From a virus: a DNA stretch of 64,000 nucleotides. The position numbers and the translations under genes were made by a program. The stretch lies in the IMG/VR virus record IMGVR_UViG_3300030110_005581; one strand, written 5' to 3'. Below are positions 31,101-40,714 of this stretch, in pieces; within the stretch, counting starts at the first letter, position 1; each line of letters opens with the position of its first letter. The notes beneath the pieces were generated by a model, which worked only from the letters and a program-made list of their open reading frames with translations, was not told where the DNA came from and did no database searches.

Positions 31101-34100
31101 TTATATAGACCAAACATGTTTGCGATTTGGATCGCATCTGGAGTATCGAACATGCTAACCATGCATTCTAAACTTTTTCTAACCTCCTCCACGTCCGCTT
31201 TTGTTTTTTCTGGGTCTAACAGTGGTGTAGGGTTTGTTTCTAAGCATTTGGATTGTGCCTCTTCATTTGTGAGAGGTAGCGCATTAAAATTCTTTGCTTT
31301 AAAGAGATCTGTCTGAGAGGCGTTATCCCACACAGTCTCCAACATTAAGTTGGCTGCCAAGGGGAAAATGCCTTTAAAGATCAACGAGGGAGTATTGTCA
31401 GCGATCTGAGTGGCCGCCATCATCGCGGTCACCACCGTGCCCTTTGGTATATCGGGATTAAAAAGAAAATAATCAAAAAGTTCCTTCTGAAAATCGTCTA
31501 AATCGAATTTGTCAGCTTCCATTGCAATTTGCCCGGCAGGAGGATATTCATATTCCTTCACTCCACCATTATAAGATATGATTTTAATTTGTGGCGAAGG
31601 AATGCTCATGCCTTTGTGAACAATGTCAGTGCCAGAAAAATTAAAAACCATGTCCAAAGAATAGCTTGTTCCTGGCAAAACATACTCAAAAGAGCCTATT
31701 GCATTTACTGGGTCATAAAAAATCAACTGCTCGTTTTGAGTGTTTGATGCGACAATATCAGAAATTAAACCCCGAAACTTCTTAGCAACTAATTTATTGT
31801 TTTCACCGTCTGTGTCTGCGCTATAACTCTCTTGAGAATTGTTTAACATACCAGTGACTGCCTTCATGTATGCTAATGAAGGGTCGGCAGCTGTAGAGTC
31901 GTTGCCGGCCGCAGACTTAATGCTGTTTAAGAGAGCAGTCATCATGTTAGGGTTAAAGGTTTCTTTTATGAGTGGTTTGTATGCTGCCAAGGTATTATTG
32001 AAACTGTCATCAATTGCTTTGTAGGTTTTATCAACTAGGCGCTCTTGCATAAAAAGTTGTGTTTCGTGAGTTTGGCTTGGCATTAAGGGTTTCATGCCAA
32101 TTTGATCTGGCGCACAAGGTCCGCAGAAAAGTGGCGGATAGAGGCTCTTCATCATATTTGGGTCAATAAATGGCAACATGCTGGTTGCGTCTTCGAGTGC
32201 CTGCTGCTGGTCCCCTTCTGCAATTGCTAAAATATCTTCAGGCCATATAGATTTTTCCAATTCATCGACATTTGTTGGATCACAGAGACCCACTAGTGCC
32301 TCTTGAAAAGCATTATATTCATCTATTGCGTCATCATATATATCGCTATCAATAAGAGAACCAAGATCTAGCAGGAAAGCTTGGGCCTGGTCAGGTGAAA
32401 TAAAACCAGGAGGGAAAGGTAAAATTGTAGTGTTCCCGGTTTCAGGATCTTCTTTCTCATATGTTTGGTTTTCTTTGTTGGGGTCGTAACCAGTTTGCGC
32501 CGCAATCGCAGCCAATGAAAGGCCAGGAAAATTCATTTGAAGCGCCGCGATTGTTCCCTCATCCATAAAGGCCAATGCAGCATCCTCATAACTTCCCTCA
32601 AAAGAATCATCTCCGCATTCTGTTGTAAAAAGCCTCTTTAATTCACTAGGGGAAAATACATCTCCAAGCTTTTCAAACCCATCATACAAAGTTTGAACAT
32701 CCTGATTGAAGAAGTGCTTAGCCTTCAAGTCCCCAAATTTATCCCAAAGCTCATTGTCTCCAGAATCTTTATATATGCTAGAATTTAATATCCAATCCCT
32801 TGGGCTAGTAAGCCCAAATGGAGAACCCGTACCATTGCATAAATCTTGAGTCAAACCACCGTTAAACTGCTCTTTAACGTATTTTAAGACGACCATGGCA
32901 GTCGCATAGATTATGCTCATTGCCATGTCTTTGAGGCCCCTCGCAAAGGATTTCCTGAAGCTTTCTAGTTTGTCTGTGGATTTAAGATAATTTTTGATTG
33001 GATCTACAAATCTGTCAATTGCCAAAGTTCCATTTTGGTCATTATCGTATAATTTATCTTTTGCTGCAGTTGTCATGCCATCAATGCTTTGATCAGTTAG
33101 CTCTTCCACATATTCTAGCATTTTTGTGACAGGGCCATATGAAGCCAATATACAATCACATATTGCATCGCCGGCGACTTCTTCAGCCCAGTCTAGCATT
33201 TCTTGATTAAAATCTCCAGGAGATCTTCCCAACTTCTTTTGCATGTATGGGTCGGAACAATACAGTGGTATTAACTGAACCATGATCTGAGTCTCAGTCC
33301 ATGGCTCTGAAGGGTCTGGTGGAAATCTTTCAGGATATCTAGTGCTGGCGATTTTATATACATCTCCAACGCGGCCCGTAATTTTTTCTTCTAGCTTTGC
33401 AATGGCCAAATCACCGTTTGGCACATTTCTTAAACAAGGATAAAGCTGTTGACGTATTTCTGATATGGGCACTGTCTTTAAGATTGTTTGGCACATGTGC
33501 CTTTTCATGGCGCTGTTTTTAGCACACTTGAAAATAAGAGCAGACGCCATCTTGATTAATTCCGCTATAGGTATACGATTCAGCAATTTATCAAAAAGCT
33601 CCGACATGGACTTAATTTCTCCAAACACAGCCTTTAATAAGTTTTCATCACCAGAATACATATTGGTGACATTCGAAGTGCCGGCAATTAAGTTCTTTAT
33701 ATCCGGAGACATTAAATTTGTAGGATCTTTTATGTACTTTCCTGTAAATAAGAGATCTTTAAAAATGGGATTTTTTAATTGAAGTGGGTCAACCAAAGAC
33801 TCTAATGTTGGCTTTGCCTCTCCATTGTAATTTGTTTCAGGCGTAGGATATACATACGTATTGATAAAATCAAGCCAAGATTGGTGCATTGAAAACAGAT
33901 CTGTGCTATAGTTTCCGCCCGATTTTAAGTATTTTCCATATCTCCTGTTGATCTCAGGCAACATATGTAAGAAGTTATTAATTCTTGGCACCGAAAAAGG
34001 TCCAGAGCCTCTAATTGAGTTTAAGCCTTCTTTTAAAATGTAGGGTGTAATATCGGCACCTTCCTCACACAAGCAATCCGCCACCTCACTAAAAGATACA

Positions 34101-35200
34101 TATTGTAAAACATATTCTTCAGTGAACCCAAACTGAATTGCACCAAGGGGGGTATTCTCTTTTATGTCTTTTAGGCTTGGGAGGGAGTTTGCGCGGAAAA
34201 GGCCATTGATAACCCCATAAATTTCTTTTACAGAATTTGCTGAACATTTTGCATTGAAGCTAGTTTCGAAGCCCTCTTCTGCAAATGCAATATTCATTTG
34301 GGCATCAAAGTGAAAAAGTATTTTTTGTAAATTTTTCAGGTACTGATCGAAATCTTTAACTAAAACTAAAACTTCTCTACTGACCTTGGACATGTCTACT
34401 TTGTTGCTTTTTTGAGGAAGTGAGTCAACCCAACCTCTGTCAAACATAATTTTAACCCACAAAGTCTGGTATTCTGGCCTTCGAGGGATAATATGCCAAG
34501 CCTGTGCTGTGGGGACTTCTTTTTGGGCGCCAGTTGTAACATCTCGACCTCGATCAACTATTTTATTTTGCGGCATAAAACCAAAGTTGTGAGCTAAATC
34601 TACAATCTTGTCTTTTCGTATTTCTTTATCTAAATCTTTTTCCAATTTGCCCAAGGCCCATAGTTTACATTTATTTACAAACTCTGGATCGCCTAACAGG
34701 CCTCTTCCGCTGCCTTTTCCCTTGGGGGCTGGGTGTCCAACCTCTATCTTGCCAGAAGCGTCAACATAATCAGCCAAATTGGGGTTTTTGAGCATATTCT
34801 CGAATACAAGAGGTACTATATAGTATTGTTTACGAGGGTCTGAAGAAAGGTGAGTTTTCTTTCTCTGCCACCAAGCCTGGGTATTTCCTATATTTTTTTG
34901 CTCATAATTTCTGTTTATTTCATCGCCATAACTGACGGAAGGCCCAATACCATAGCCCTTCTTGATTACACTTAATTTGTAAGCCCAACTGTAATTTTCA
35001 TCCGGATCAAACATATCTGGATCATTCATTTTACTTTGTATGATAGACTTAAATTCTTCTAACGTAGGCGAATAGCCGCTATGAACTTTTTTTCCATTTT
35101 GAATAGAAAAAGTTTTTTCAACTGCGCCCTTCTCTGGTTCTTTGAGGAGGCGATCATATAATTTTTCTATCTGTGTGTCTTGTGTTGTCTTGCTAGCCAT
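28106..35200 (-). CDS. Very large hypothetical protein between the spike and gp25, probably virion structural
   Basis: 2364 aa, acidic, appears largely helical, no recognisable catalytic motif. Assignment rests on position only. Confidence 0.45.
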   Translation of the reverse strand: MASKTTQDTQIEKLYDRLLKEPEKGAVEKTFSIQNGKKVHSGYSPTLEEFKSIIQSKMNDPDMFDPDENYSWAYKLSVIKKGYGIGPSVSYGDEINRNYEQKNIGNTQAWWQRKKTHLSSDPRKQYYIVPLVFENMLKNPNLADYVDASGKIEVGHPAPKGKGSGRGLLGDPEFVNKCKLWALGKLEKDLDKEIRKDKIVDLAHNFGFMPQNKIVDRGRDVTTGAQKEVPTAQAWHIIPRRPEYQTLWVKIMFDRGWVDSLPQKSNKVDMSKVSREVLVLVKDFDQYLKNLQKILFHFDAQMNIAFAEEGFETSFNAKCSANSVKEIYGVINGLFRANSLPSLKDIKENTPLGAIQFGFTEEYVLQYVSFSEVADCLCEEGADITPYILKEGLNSIRGSGPFSVPRINNFLHMLPEINRRYGKYLKSGGNYSTDLFSMHQSWLDFINTYVYPTPETNYNGEAKPTLESLVDPLQLKNPIFKDLLFTGKYIKDPTNLMSPDIKNLIAGTSNVTNMYSGDENLLKAVFGEIKSMSELFDKLLNRIPIAELIKMASALIFKCAKNSAMKRHMCQTILKTVPISEIRQQLYPCLRNVPNGDLAIAKLEEKITGRVGDVYKIASTRYPERFPPDPSEPWTETQIMVQLIPLYCSDPYMQKKLGRSPGDFNQEMLDWAEEVAGDAICDCILASYGPVTKMLEYVEELTDQSIDGMTTAAKDKLYDNDQNGTLAIDRFVDPIKNYLKSTDKLESFRKSFARGLKDMAMSIIYATAMVVLKYVKEQFNGGLTQDLCNGTGSPFGLTSPRDWILNSSIYKDSGDNELWDKFGDLKAKHFFNQDVQTLYDGFEKLGDVFSPSELKRLFTTECGDDSFEGSYEDAALAFMDEGTIAALQMNFPGLSLAAIAAQTGYDPNKENQTYEKEDPETGNTTILPFPPGFISPDQAQAFLLDLGSLIDSDIYDDAIDEYNAFQEALVGLCDPTNVDELEKSIWPEDILAIAEGDQQQALEDATSMLPFIDPNMMKSLYPPLFCGPCAPDQIGMKPLMPSQTHETQLFMQERLVDKTYKAIDDSFNNTLAAYKPLIKETFNPNMMTALLNSIKSAAGNDSTAADPSLAYMKAVTGMLNNSQESYSADTDGENNKLVAKKFRGLISDIVASNTQNEQLIFYDPVNAIGSFEYVLPGTSYSLDMVFNFSGTDIVHKGMSIPSPQIKIISYNGGVKEYEYPPAGQIAMEADKFDLDDFQKELFDYFLFNPDIPKGTVVTAMMAATQIADNTPSLIFKGIFPLAANLMLETVWDNASQTDLFKAKNFNALPLTNEEAQSKCLETNPTPLLDPEKTKADVEEVRKSLECMVSMFDTPDAIQIANMFGLYKMLIKVCIAEEYLKNIFMFSFAKISDIIEDEAYMSIIKSAIRSSVESSLSSGYENLLDYSQKVVKARLADVDVDSMTNEDGSPLTKAQKAEQTRVKTREESLDMIIVETALEVDKLMDERVRKFANPAWKDQFTKLDDADYFKNDFFKYSIHREIMQGSRFPTRQETENGELEVNKMPLFRQMPDPSLVNFEDYSIYSQSPKPFPSEREGGLFFEPYVRMRSKLTTASEPPTSLEAADVYYQDFWKRFKQAFSLWETAMFRNIKDVNAYGGVANDGTQLGEVPEKVDWFGLDALKGWPPPVEDGDPIDATFFTEFGGNSLYKDIIPSTESRPYGQFNYRKHYPAIRTIHNFIRKIIGKIEKEYEEHGRLLFGNGDEELSTFWDFFLTFFSPVDKEGDQWKVSLGHAIAGVNGSFHNLRSIFQSTVSSYFPAPSDTDYQKEAAAYGDKSFYNAFYHWQQYPDGIPHSAQLNFRNRGVVGLDSIGYHNFSETADQTFKNWNFSFIDIFSAAKEVNPGGNKAIMDDVLSDPNDPEFNTEWNETLKENNENISPLPSQRLFFEKIAEFMIRHGFDEFAGTLDGGEGKINEFYKKNGLNLIGMCEYLKRIVVEAPFDHWFDISMGMRLNLIVPYKGEGVDSSYMENIISELRDVTLEAKIDKDYIQDKTFLLTDGDSTTAINWLCLPIEFEEYDLRDYWEQVHEKMHPPGSPPTFGVSAPHFTFSDSSKAPFEENPWSLIMSKISELGLAANQVQYNYSRGTAINTHANLYNNLFCPLSMDESLMADGLKPQQYYMDASTKDDPVRPTLWATCKLLNTMLAPHSRLETNPETKPNPMREEIIYKMQNKLMDNLKNSDLLNEVLPIKQTSFTTAMIYRYGMLASYPELENLFSSTKGFVGSFIVESLKAIEDDYSYVTPEPETQEEKLSISSPAPNEIAKMFFELVIQAAANTIDPTWKTPWFFPGPLTPVGIIAKLMAQEPDKDKESLPAPEGECEDKTPENN

Positions 35201-35222
35201 TTTAATCTCTTTTTCGTTACCT

Positions 35223-35229
35223 TAATTAG
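35223..35229 (-). promoter_or_regulatory. Putative late promoter CTAATTA
   Basis: 22 nt upstream of the ATG at 35200, overlapping the stop codon of the upstream gene. Confidence 0.45.
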
Positions 35230-36233
35230 GTTGTAAATACTTGTCCGCTATTAATATAATCATTGCTAAATTGTTCTAATCTTTGCACTTTGACGCCGGC
35301 GCCTCTCATAGAATGTAACATCAAGCTCTTCTTACACTTAAGGGCCTTTGTAATCGCTGTAAATCCAGCCGTCAAACAATCAAAAGAAGGCAATGTTTCG
35401 CCGCCGGCTAGAGCTGTTGGATTTCCGCTGGCCAAAGTTCCAATAGCCATTGACGTAGGTGACGGGTGTTTGTGTTCCATAAGTACAGCGTTGAAATTAT
35501 GCTGAAACATTAAAAAATTATCAACAATGCTGCTAAGTTCATTGATGGTATCAACAATATCATTTAATGCTTCTAGTAAATTTTCTCCCTTTGGGATTGG
35601 TTGTAGCTTTTTTTCATGCAGCTCAGATGCGGTACCTGCAATTAAATTAATGCGGCCCGGAGAGCTAATTGGTTTTCCAAAAGAATTTTTAATATCTATT
35701 CCGCTGCATATCTTAATGCTTTCTCGACCAATAATTCGCACATGGTCAGCTTTTACGACTCCGGCCGACTTACCCAAAACGTTTCCTATGTTGCCATCAG
35801 GAACTGCAAACATATCATCTACGTCGCATTTAGCAGAAACATAAAACCTTGCAGCATCTCGTTTTGCGTTCGGGTTAACTGGCTCTTCAGGTATATCCCC
35901 TGCTGCAGTTCCATGAGAATTTAAACCAGCATATATGTCCACTGCAGAGGCACCAAATGCGCCCACACCACCATAGCCGGCGCCGTATTGAAAAGGCTTG
36001 CGGGTAGTCGGATCTGTTTTTTCATTCATTCTATCAGGCCCAATTCGAATGCCTGAGCCGTATGATCCCTCTACATGATCCTCTCCTTTCGGGTATCTTT
36101 TTATTTGTGAAACTAAATGAGGATTTGGATCCCCATCTATGCCACTATAAAATATACCATCATCCCTGTCTAAATTTAAGCCTGTTTTGTCTAAAAGTAA
36201 ATCTTTATTTCTAAGTGGTAAGTTTAAGTCCAT
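35226..36233 (-). CDS. Central spike C-terminal part (gp5/gpV-like beta-helix and tip)
   Basis: 335 aa with a beta-repeat-like segment (DAARFYVSAK..SAGVVKADHVRIIGRESIKI), a helical segment, then VLMEHKHP resembling the HxH metal-binding tip of gpV-type spikes. Confidence 0.6.
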   Translation of the reverse strand: MDLNLPLRNKDLLLDKTGLNLDRDDGIFYSGIDGDPNPHLVSQIKRYPKGEDHVEGSYGSGIRIGPDRMNEKTDPTTRKPFQYGAGYGGVGAFGASAVDIYAGLNSHGTAAGDIPEEPVNPNAKRDAARFYVSAKCDVDDMFAVPDGNIGNVLGKSAGVVKADHVRIIGRESIKICSGIDIKNSFGKPISSPGRINLIAGTASELHEKKLQPIPKGENLLEALNDIVDTINELSSIVDNFLMFQHNFNAVLMEHKHPSPTSMAIGTLASGNPTALAGGETLPSFDCLTAGFTAITKALKCKKSLMLHSMRGAGVKVQRLEQFSNDYINSGQVFTT

Positions 36234-36285
36234 ATTTCCATTCTCCTAATAAACTCTCATAAGTTGCACATCCATAGTCTTTAGT

Positions 36286-39200
36286 CTATTCTTTAGACTC
36301 GCCAGGTTTCCACCCTTTTTTCGGTTTAGTTTTTGATAAATCATAACCACTTCCATCCGCCTTGACCCATGCCTGCCAAATTCGCGGCGATTTTGAATGC
36401 GGACCAGTATAGTCGCATTTCTTTTTCTTAAGATTTGCCAGCGCTTTTTTGAAGCCGGCGCGCGCTGTTTGGTTTTTCTTTGCGACCCTTACGTGATAAT
36501 GATTTTCATGATTTTTTGCCATTGGGAACATATTGTATATAGCTCTTCCTATGGGCCCTTTTAGGCCCTCATCTTCTAATTGTTTAAAGATTTGCCTAAA
36601 TGCTGGGTCGGGCTCTTTCATCCATATTTTAGGATTGTCATAATCTTGAGTTTGGATTTGTTTTATGCGGACCTTAAGCCACTTCCTAAAAGAAGACCCG
36701 GGAAGCTTTCGTGCGTATCCATCTCTTTGTCCAAAAAGAATTTTGCTTTTTTTAAACTTGCCCCCCATTGCAAGAGTTAACAAGCCCATAACAATTGTCT
36801 TGTCATAGTCAACAACAAGACCATTATACTTTGCGGCTTTCTTGGGACTTTCAAAAAGTTGCAGGTGGCCCCCTTTTGTTGTTGTTCCTCGGCCGCTGAG
36901 TACCCTGTAGTTGTTCTTTGCATTGGAGTCTGCTGTGGAATATTTATACCATGTCGGTAAATTTAAATCAAAATCAGCTCCCTCTCTATGGGAAACATGA
37001 CCCCTAACCATGTCAATAGCATTTGCCCATTCTGGAGAAACATCATGTATGATCCATTGTATGCCACTTCTACCATCTTTCATAGTGGCATATGCGTAGC
37101 CATATTTACTAGGCTTCTCTGCTTTACCCCAAATTGGATTTTCTAAAACTTTATCGATCCACGTAGCAACCTGATTGTTGCCCCATTGATAGCCTCTATT
37201 CCAAGAACTTTGCGCTGTATATCTTTTGTTCTTGACGTGCGCTTTTATATCAAGAAGCCCAAGTGGGTTTTTTCCACATTCGACGGTACCAGGGGGCACA
37301 AGTTTTGCATTTCTTGTTTTTTTACCCTTTGCACTATCTTTACATTGTTTCTCGCATGCTTTAAGCCGTCTTGGCTTGTTAGTCTTAGCTCTTTGGTTTT
37401 TCTTTCTTCCTTTCTTGCATTTTACATTAGGATCTTTTAGCCCGTCTTTGTCTGGCAGCTTTTCACCTTTATGGTTGTATGCATTTCCTTCCTCATCATA
37501 CGCAACGGGAACTTTTGCTGGACTGACTGCAATCACCTTTGCTTTCAGTGGGAACTCGCCCTCTTTTATGCCGGGAGAAGCTTTTGCTAAAAGTGACTTC
37601 GTTTTGAAGTAACTATCGAGAGGCTTGGTAGCGCCGCCTCCTGTGTTTAAATTTAAAAATATTCCCTGAAACTTAGTCTTTGCACCGTTAAGGAGCGTAG
37701 TCTCTTTGCATCCATTAAATTTTTTACCTCCAACAAATTTAGGCTCACCGCAACCGTCCTTTTCAAGGAGCTTCGAAACGCCCGAATCTGTAACAGTTTC
37801 CTTATCCGTACTTCTGCTAGTATAAATATGAAATTCAAAATCTTTTCCAGGATTCCAACTGCCCTTATTAGCACCGTAAACCGTGCCAAGGATTGAGTTG
37901 ACACCACTCGCATAAGATGCGTTCAACATATCTATTCTTTTAAGCTTTGTGCTTCCAACTGTTGGACTATTCATTTTTTTCATAAGACCAGCTAAAGAAG
38001 TATATCCTTGCTTAAAGGCCTTGATGTTTACAAATTGAGGATCTGCAGTTGCGCCGAGGCCTTTTTTGGAATCCTTTTCTTTTATTATTCCAAGCACTTC
38101 ATTGTGAAAATTAACAAATGAGCTTTCATTATTACCAAAAGTGGCGTCTTCAATGTTTGTTTTATCAGCAACGTTTAGCTGGGTTGTTACATATACAATA
38201 TTTCTTCCCTGCTGGTCGACCATATTGTGAAGTTGGTTTTGAATAGCCTTCCTAAAGCCATGCCCAGTCCACAAAGTAGGCAAAGGGCCGTTCCCGCTCG
38301 CACCATGAAGAAAATATATCAACTCATAAGGCTTTGACAAATCTACCCCTTGCGGTGCAACAATTGCTGTTTTACCTTTGAGTGCTTTTGTTTCTGCTGA
38401 ATTATAGAGCATTGTACGCCCTTTGAAATCCTCAAATCGAGACTCATCAGACTTAACGATGTCTCCGCTCTTATCTGCAACTTTTATAACTTTTCCAGGA
38501 GTTTTCCCCACTTCAGTTGCGGCTGCAGCGGTTGGGGTGTTCGGCTCCTCAAGCCACGAAACCCAATCGAATTTTACAGAAGATTCAACACCTCTAAAAA
38601 TAAAATTAACCCAGCGGCCGGAGAGTCTTAATGTTTTTGAGCTATTACCATTGATGAAGCTTTCTCCATTTTTTGTTTTCTCCTCTAAGGTTTGAGTAAA
38701 CATATCCTCATCTTCGGGCTTGATATCGGGGCCGACTGTCTGGCCTGATTTTTTATATTTTAAAGCATTGGCATAAAATATTTGCAGCTCGTTCCTTGCA
38801 TATATTAATGGATTCTTTTCTTTCGCTGGTGGGACTCCATTCCACTTGGATGTCATCGCAGACGTCTGTCCTATGTAAGCAGCTACAGCTTTTTTAGTAA
38901 TCGCTGGTGCGTCTTTTGATAAATGAAATTCAACTTCTACCTTGTTGGGGTCTACCGCAATTATAATATCCTTAATATCATTATCATGATACCTGTTGGT
39001 ATCAGTTGAGCTATAATCTCCATTCCATAGCTTGATACTTTTTAGGTTTTTACCAAACTTTTCTAAAAGCTTCATTCTAGCTAAGTTAGAAATCGCAATG
39101 GAGCCGCGGCGGTCACCAACAAGTGTTATGTGCTTAAGCATCTTTTTATCAACACTGAGCTTCTCACTTAATACTTTCTCTATATTACCAATAAATTTAG

Positions 39201-40422
39201 AAATATTTCCATACACATTTTTTTCGCCGGCGCTGTTTATTTCAGCAAACAATGGGCGCCGGTCAAACACATTTTTGCCGTCCCATCCCCATACCATCTG
39301 TTGCCTGTCTCCATATCCAGTTAGGCTGTCGAGCTTACTATCTGCTCTAGGCTTGACTGTTCCATTATTTTCTTTGGACCATGGCATTTCTGCCATTACA
39401 AAAACTAAATTTCTGCGGGCATTGTCAAGTTGAGGGTTGGGCTTTGTCATTTGTGTTATTGTTTTTCCGATCTCATTCCACTCGTTTGCATCGTTTGCAA
39501 ATTTTCCAACATCATGAAAAAAATAAATAACTTCTAGATGATTTGTTGGCCGAACCCCCACGGGCATATATATTAATGTATTTCGACCTTCGCCATCAAT
39601 CATCTTCTCATTATCTTTTGGTCCGTTACCCTCTAACTTGCCAATCCAAACTATTCCCTCAAAATTGCTATTTTTTGCGGGGTCGACTAGAGGCCCTAGC
39701 CAGCTTGAAGCGCCGTCATCAATAAGTTTTTTTTCTGCGTGACCTGCATCTGTATTTAAAGGCAATGCAGAATCAAGGGCATGAACCTTTTTGTTTTTAC
39801 CTTTACAATCTCCGCTAGCCCCCTGGCCAGTGTAAGTTTTCCTACAAGCATCAATACAGTCTTTAAGTTCTTGTGCTATATATCCAGTATCTTTGGGGTC
39901 CAGGGGGCCTGCAAAGTACATTCTAGTGATTGCACCCTTATTTGCCAACTCAACCTTTACAAGGTCTCCTGGCTGGGCTCCTTGGCGTTGAACTAGAGTA
40001 TCTATTGCTTGTATATCTGGAAAGGCATCAATTGCCAGCTTATCGGCCGCAGAGAGCTTGCCCGTAATTTTGCTCGGCTTCTTGAGCATAAAATGTAGCT
40101 CTGGTATATAAACTTTATATGTGTTAAGCCCATATCTCTTAGAACCGCCCCGGGGTTCTGCCAAGGCTATGGCGCCATCTTGCGCCGTGCAATCAAGGTC
40201 AGTGTATAGATTATTAACCTTTAAGAGAACCCCAATCAAAGTTCCAGAAGTTTTAAACTTGTTTGGTGAAAATACCTTGTCTTTAATACGATTGATGATC
40301 GACTGTGGAGTTTCCGAATCTGAATCGATACTCTCCTGATCAATATCATCAACATTAAAGTCATTAAGATATCCTGGGGGCAAGTCTAGTACGAGCGGCT
40401 TTCCCATACTACTTGTCTCCAC
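36286..40422 (-). CDS. Spike/hub-associated protein: OB-fold-like N-terminus, two alpha/beta-hydrolase-like repeats and a MepA-like murein endopeptidase
   Basis: 1378 aa. N-terminal YKVYIPEL..QPGDLVKVEL is gp5/VgrG OB-like. Internal repeats PxGV..ExIYFxH. C-terminal GHVSHREGADFD (H-x6-D) and NHENHYHVRV (HxH) match MepA/LAS zinc peptidases. Confidence 0.65.
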   Translation of the reverse strand: METSSMGKPLVLDLPPGYLNDFNVDDIDQESIDSDSETPQSIINRIKDKVFSPNKFKTSGTLIGVLLKVNNLYTDLDCTAQDGAIALAEPRGGSKRYGLNTYKVYIPELHFMLKKPSKITGKLSAADKLAIDAFPDIQAIDTLVQRQGAQPGDLVKVELANKGAITRMYFAGPLDPKDTGYIAQELKDCIDACRKTYTGQGASGDCKGKNKKVHALDSALPLNTDAGHAEKKLIDDGASSWLGPLVDPAKNSNFEGIVWIGKLEGNGPKDNEKMIDGEGRNTLIYMPVGVRPTNHLEVIYFFHDVGKFANDANEWNEIGKTITQMTKPNPQLDNARRNLVFVMAEMPWSKENNGTVKPRADSKLDSLTGYGDRQQMVWGWDGKNVFDRRPLFAEINSAGEKNVYGNISKFIGNIEKVLSEKLSVDKKMLKHITLVGDRRGSIAISNLARMKLLEKFGKNLKSIKLWNGDYSSTDTNRYHDNDIKDIIIAVDPNKVEVEFHLSKDAPAITKKAVAAYIGQTSAMTSKWNGVPPAKEKNPLIYARNELQIFYANALKYKKSGQTVGPDIKPEDEDMFTQTLEEKTKNGESFINGNSSKTLRLSGRWVNFIFRGVESSVKFDWVSWLEEPNTPTAAAATEVGKTPGKVIKVADKSGDIVKSDESRFEDFKGRTMLYNSAETKALKGKTAIVAPQGVDLSKPYELIYFLHGASGNGPLPTLWTGHGFRKAIQNQLHNMVDQQGRNIVYVTTQLNVADKTNIEDATFGNNESSFVNFHNEVLGIIKEKDSKKGLGATADPQFVNIKAFKQGYTSLAGLMKKMNSPTVGSTKLKRIDMLNASYASGVNSILGTVYGANKGSWNPGKDFEFHIYTSRSTDKETVTDSGVSKLLEKDGCGEPKFVGGKKFNGCKETTLLNGAKTKFQGIFLNLNTGGGATKPLDSYFKTKSLLAKASPGIKEGEFPLKAKVIAVSPAKVPVAYDEEGNAYNHKGEKLPDKDGLKDPNVKCKKGRKKNQRAKTNKPRRLKACEKQCKDSAKGKKTRNAKLVPPGTVECGKNPLGLLDIKAHVKNKRYTAQSSWNRGYQWGNNQVATWIDKVLENPIWGKAEKPSKYGYAYATMKDGRSGIQWIIHDVSPEWANAIDMVRGHVSHREGADFDLNLPTWYKYSTADSNAKNNYRVLSGRGTTTKGGHLQLFESPKKAAKYNGLVVDYDKTIVMGLLTLAMGGKFKKSKILFGQRDGYARKLPGSSFRKWLKVRIKQIQTQDYDNPKIWMKEPDPAFRQIFKQLEDEGLKGPIGRAIYNMFPMAKNHENHYHVRVAKKNQTARAGFKKALANLKKKKCDYTGPHSKSPRIWQAWVKADGSGYDLSKTKPKKGWKPGESKE

Positions 40423-40714
40423 CCTGAATCAAATCAAAAAGCTGCTCTTTGTCTTCATCGTTTAGTTCGATTGAACCGTCTTGTCTTTTATTTAAAATAG
40501 CAGTGATTTTGACAAGTTGCTCGTTCGAACGCTGGAGGGTTTCAACATATTTAGATGCGATAAGACCTAATTGCTTGTGATTTTCTAAATCTGACGCCTT
40601 CTTCATTTCCAAAAGAAGGTCAGTTAGTAACGTATTGGTTACAGCTCGATCGTTTCGAATATTGTTTATTGATTCTTCAATATAGTCATTAATATCTTCT
40701 ACTCTTCGTCCCAT
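40409..40714 (-). CDS. Small helical hypothetical protein
   Basis: 101 aa with a coiled-coil-like pattern, overlapping both neighbours in the same orientation. Confidence 0.6.
   Translation of the reverse strand: MGRRVEDINDYIEESINNIRNDRAVTNTLLTDLLLEMKKASDLENHKQLGLIASKYVETLQRSNEQLVKITAILNKRQDGSIELNDEDKEQLFDLIQGGDK

Noticed and set aside
40409-40714. Small terminase subunit
   Set aside because: It has only a generic helical resemblance, no large terminase is adjacent, and no diagnostic motif is present.
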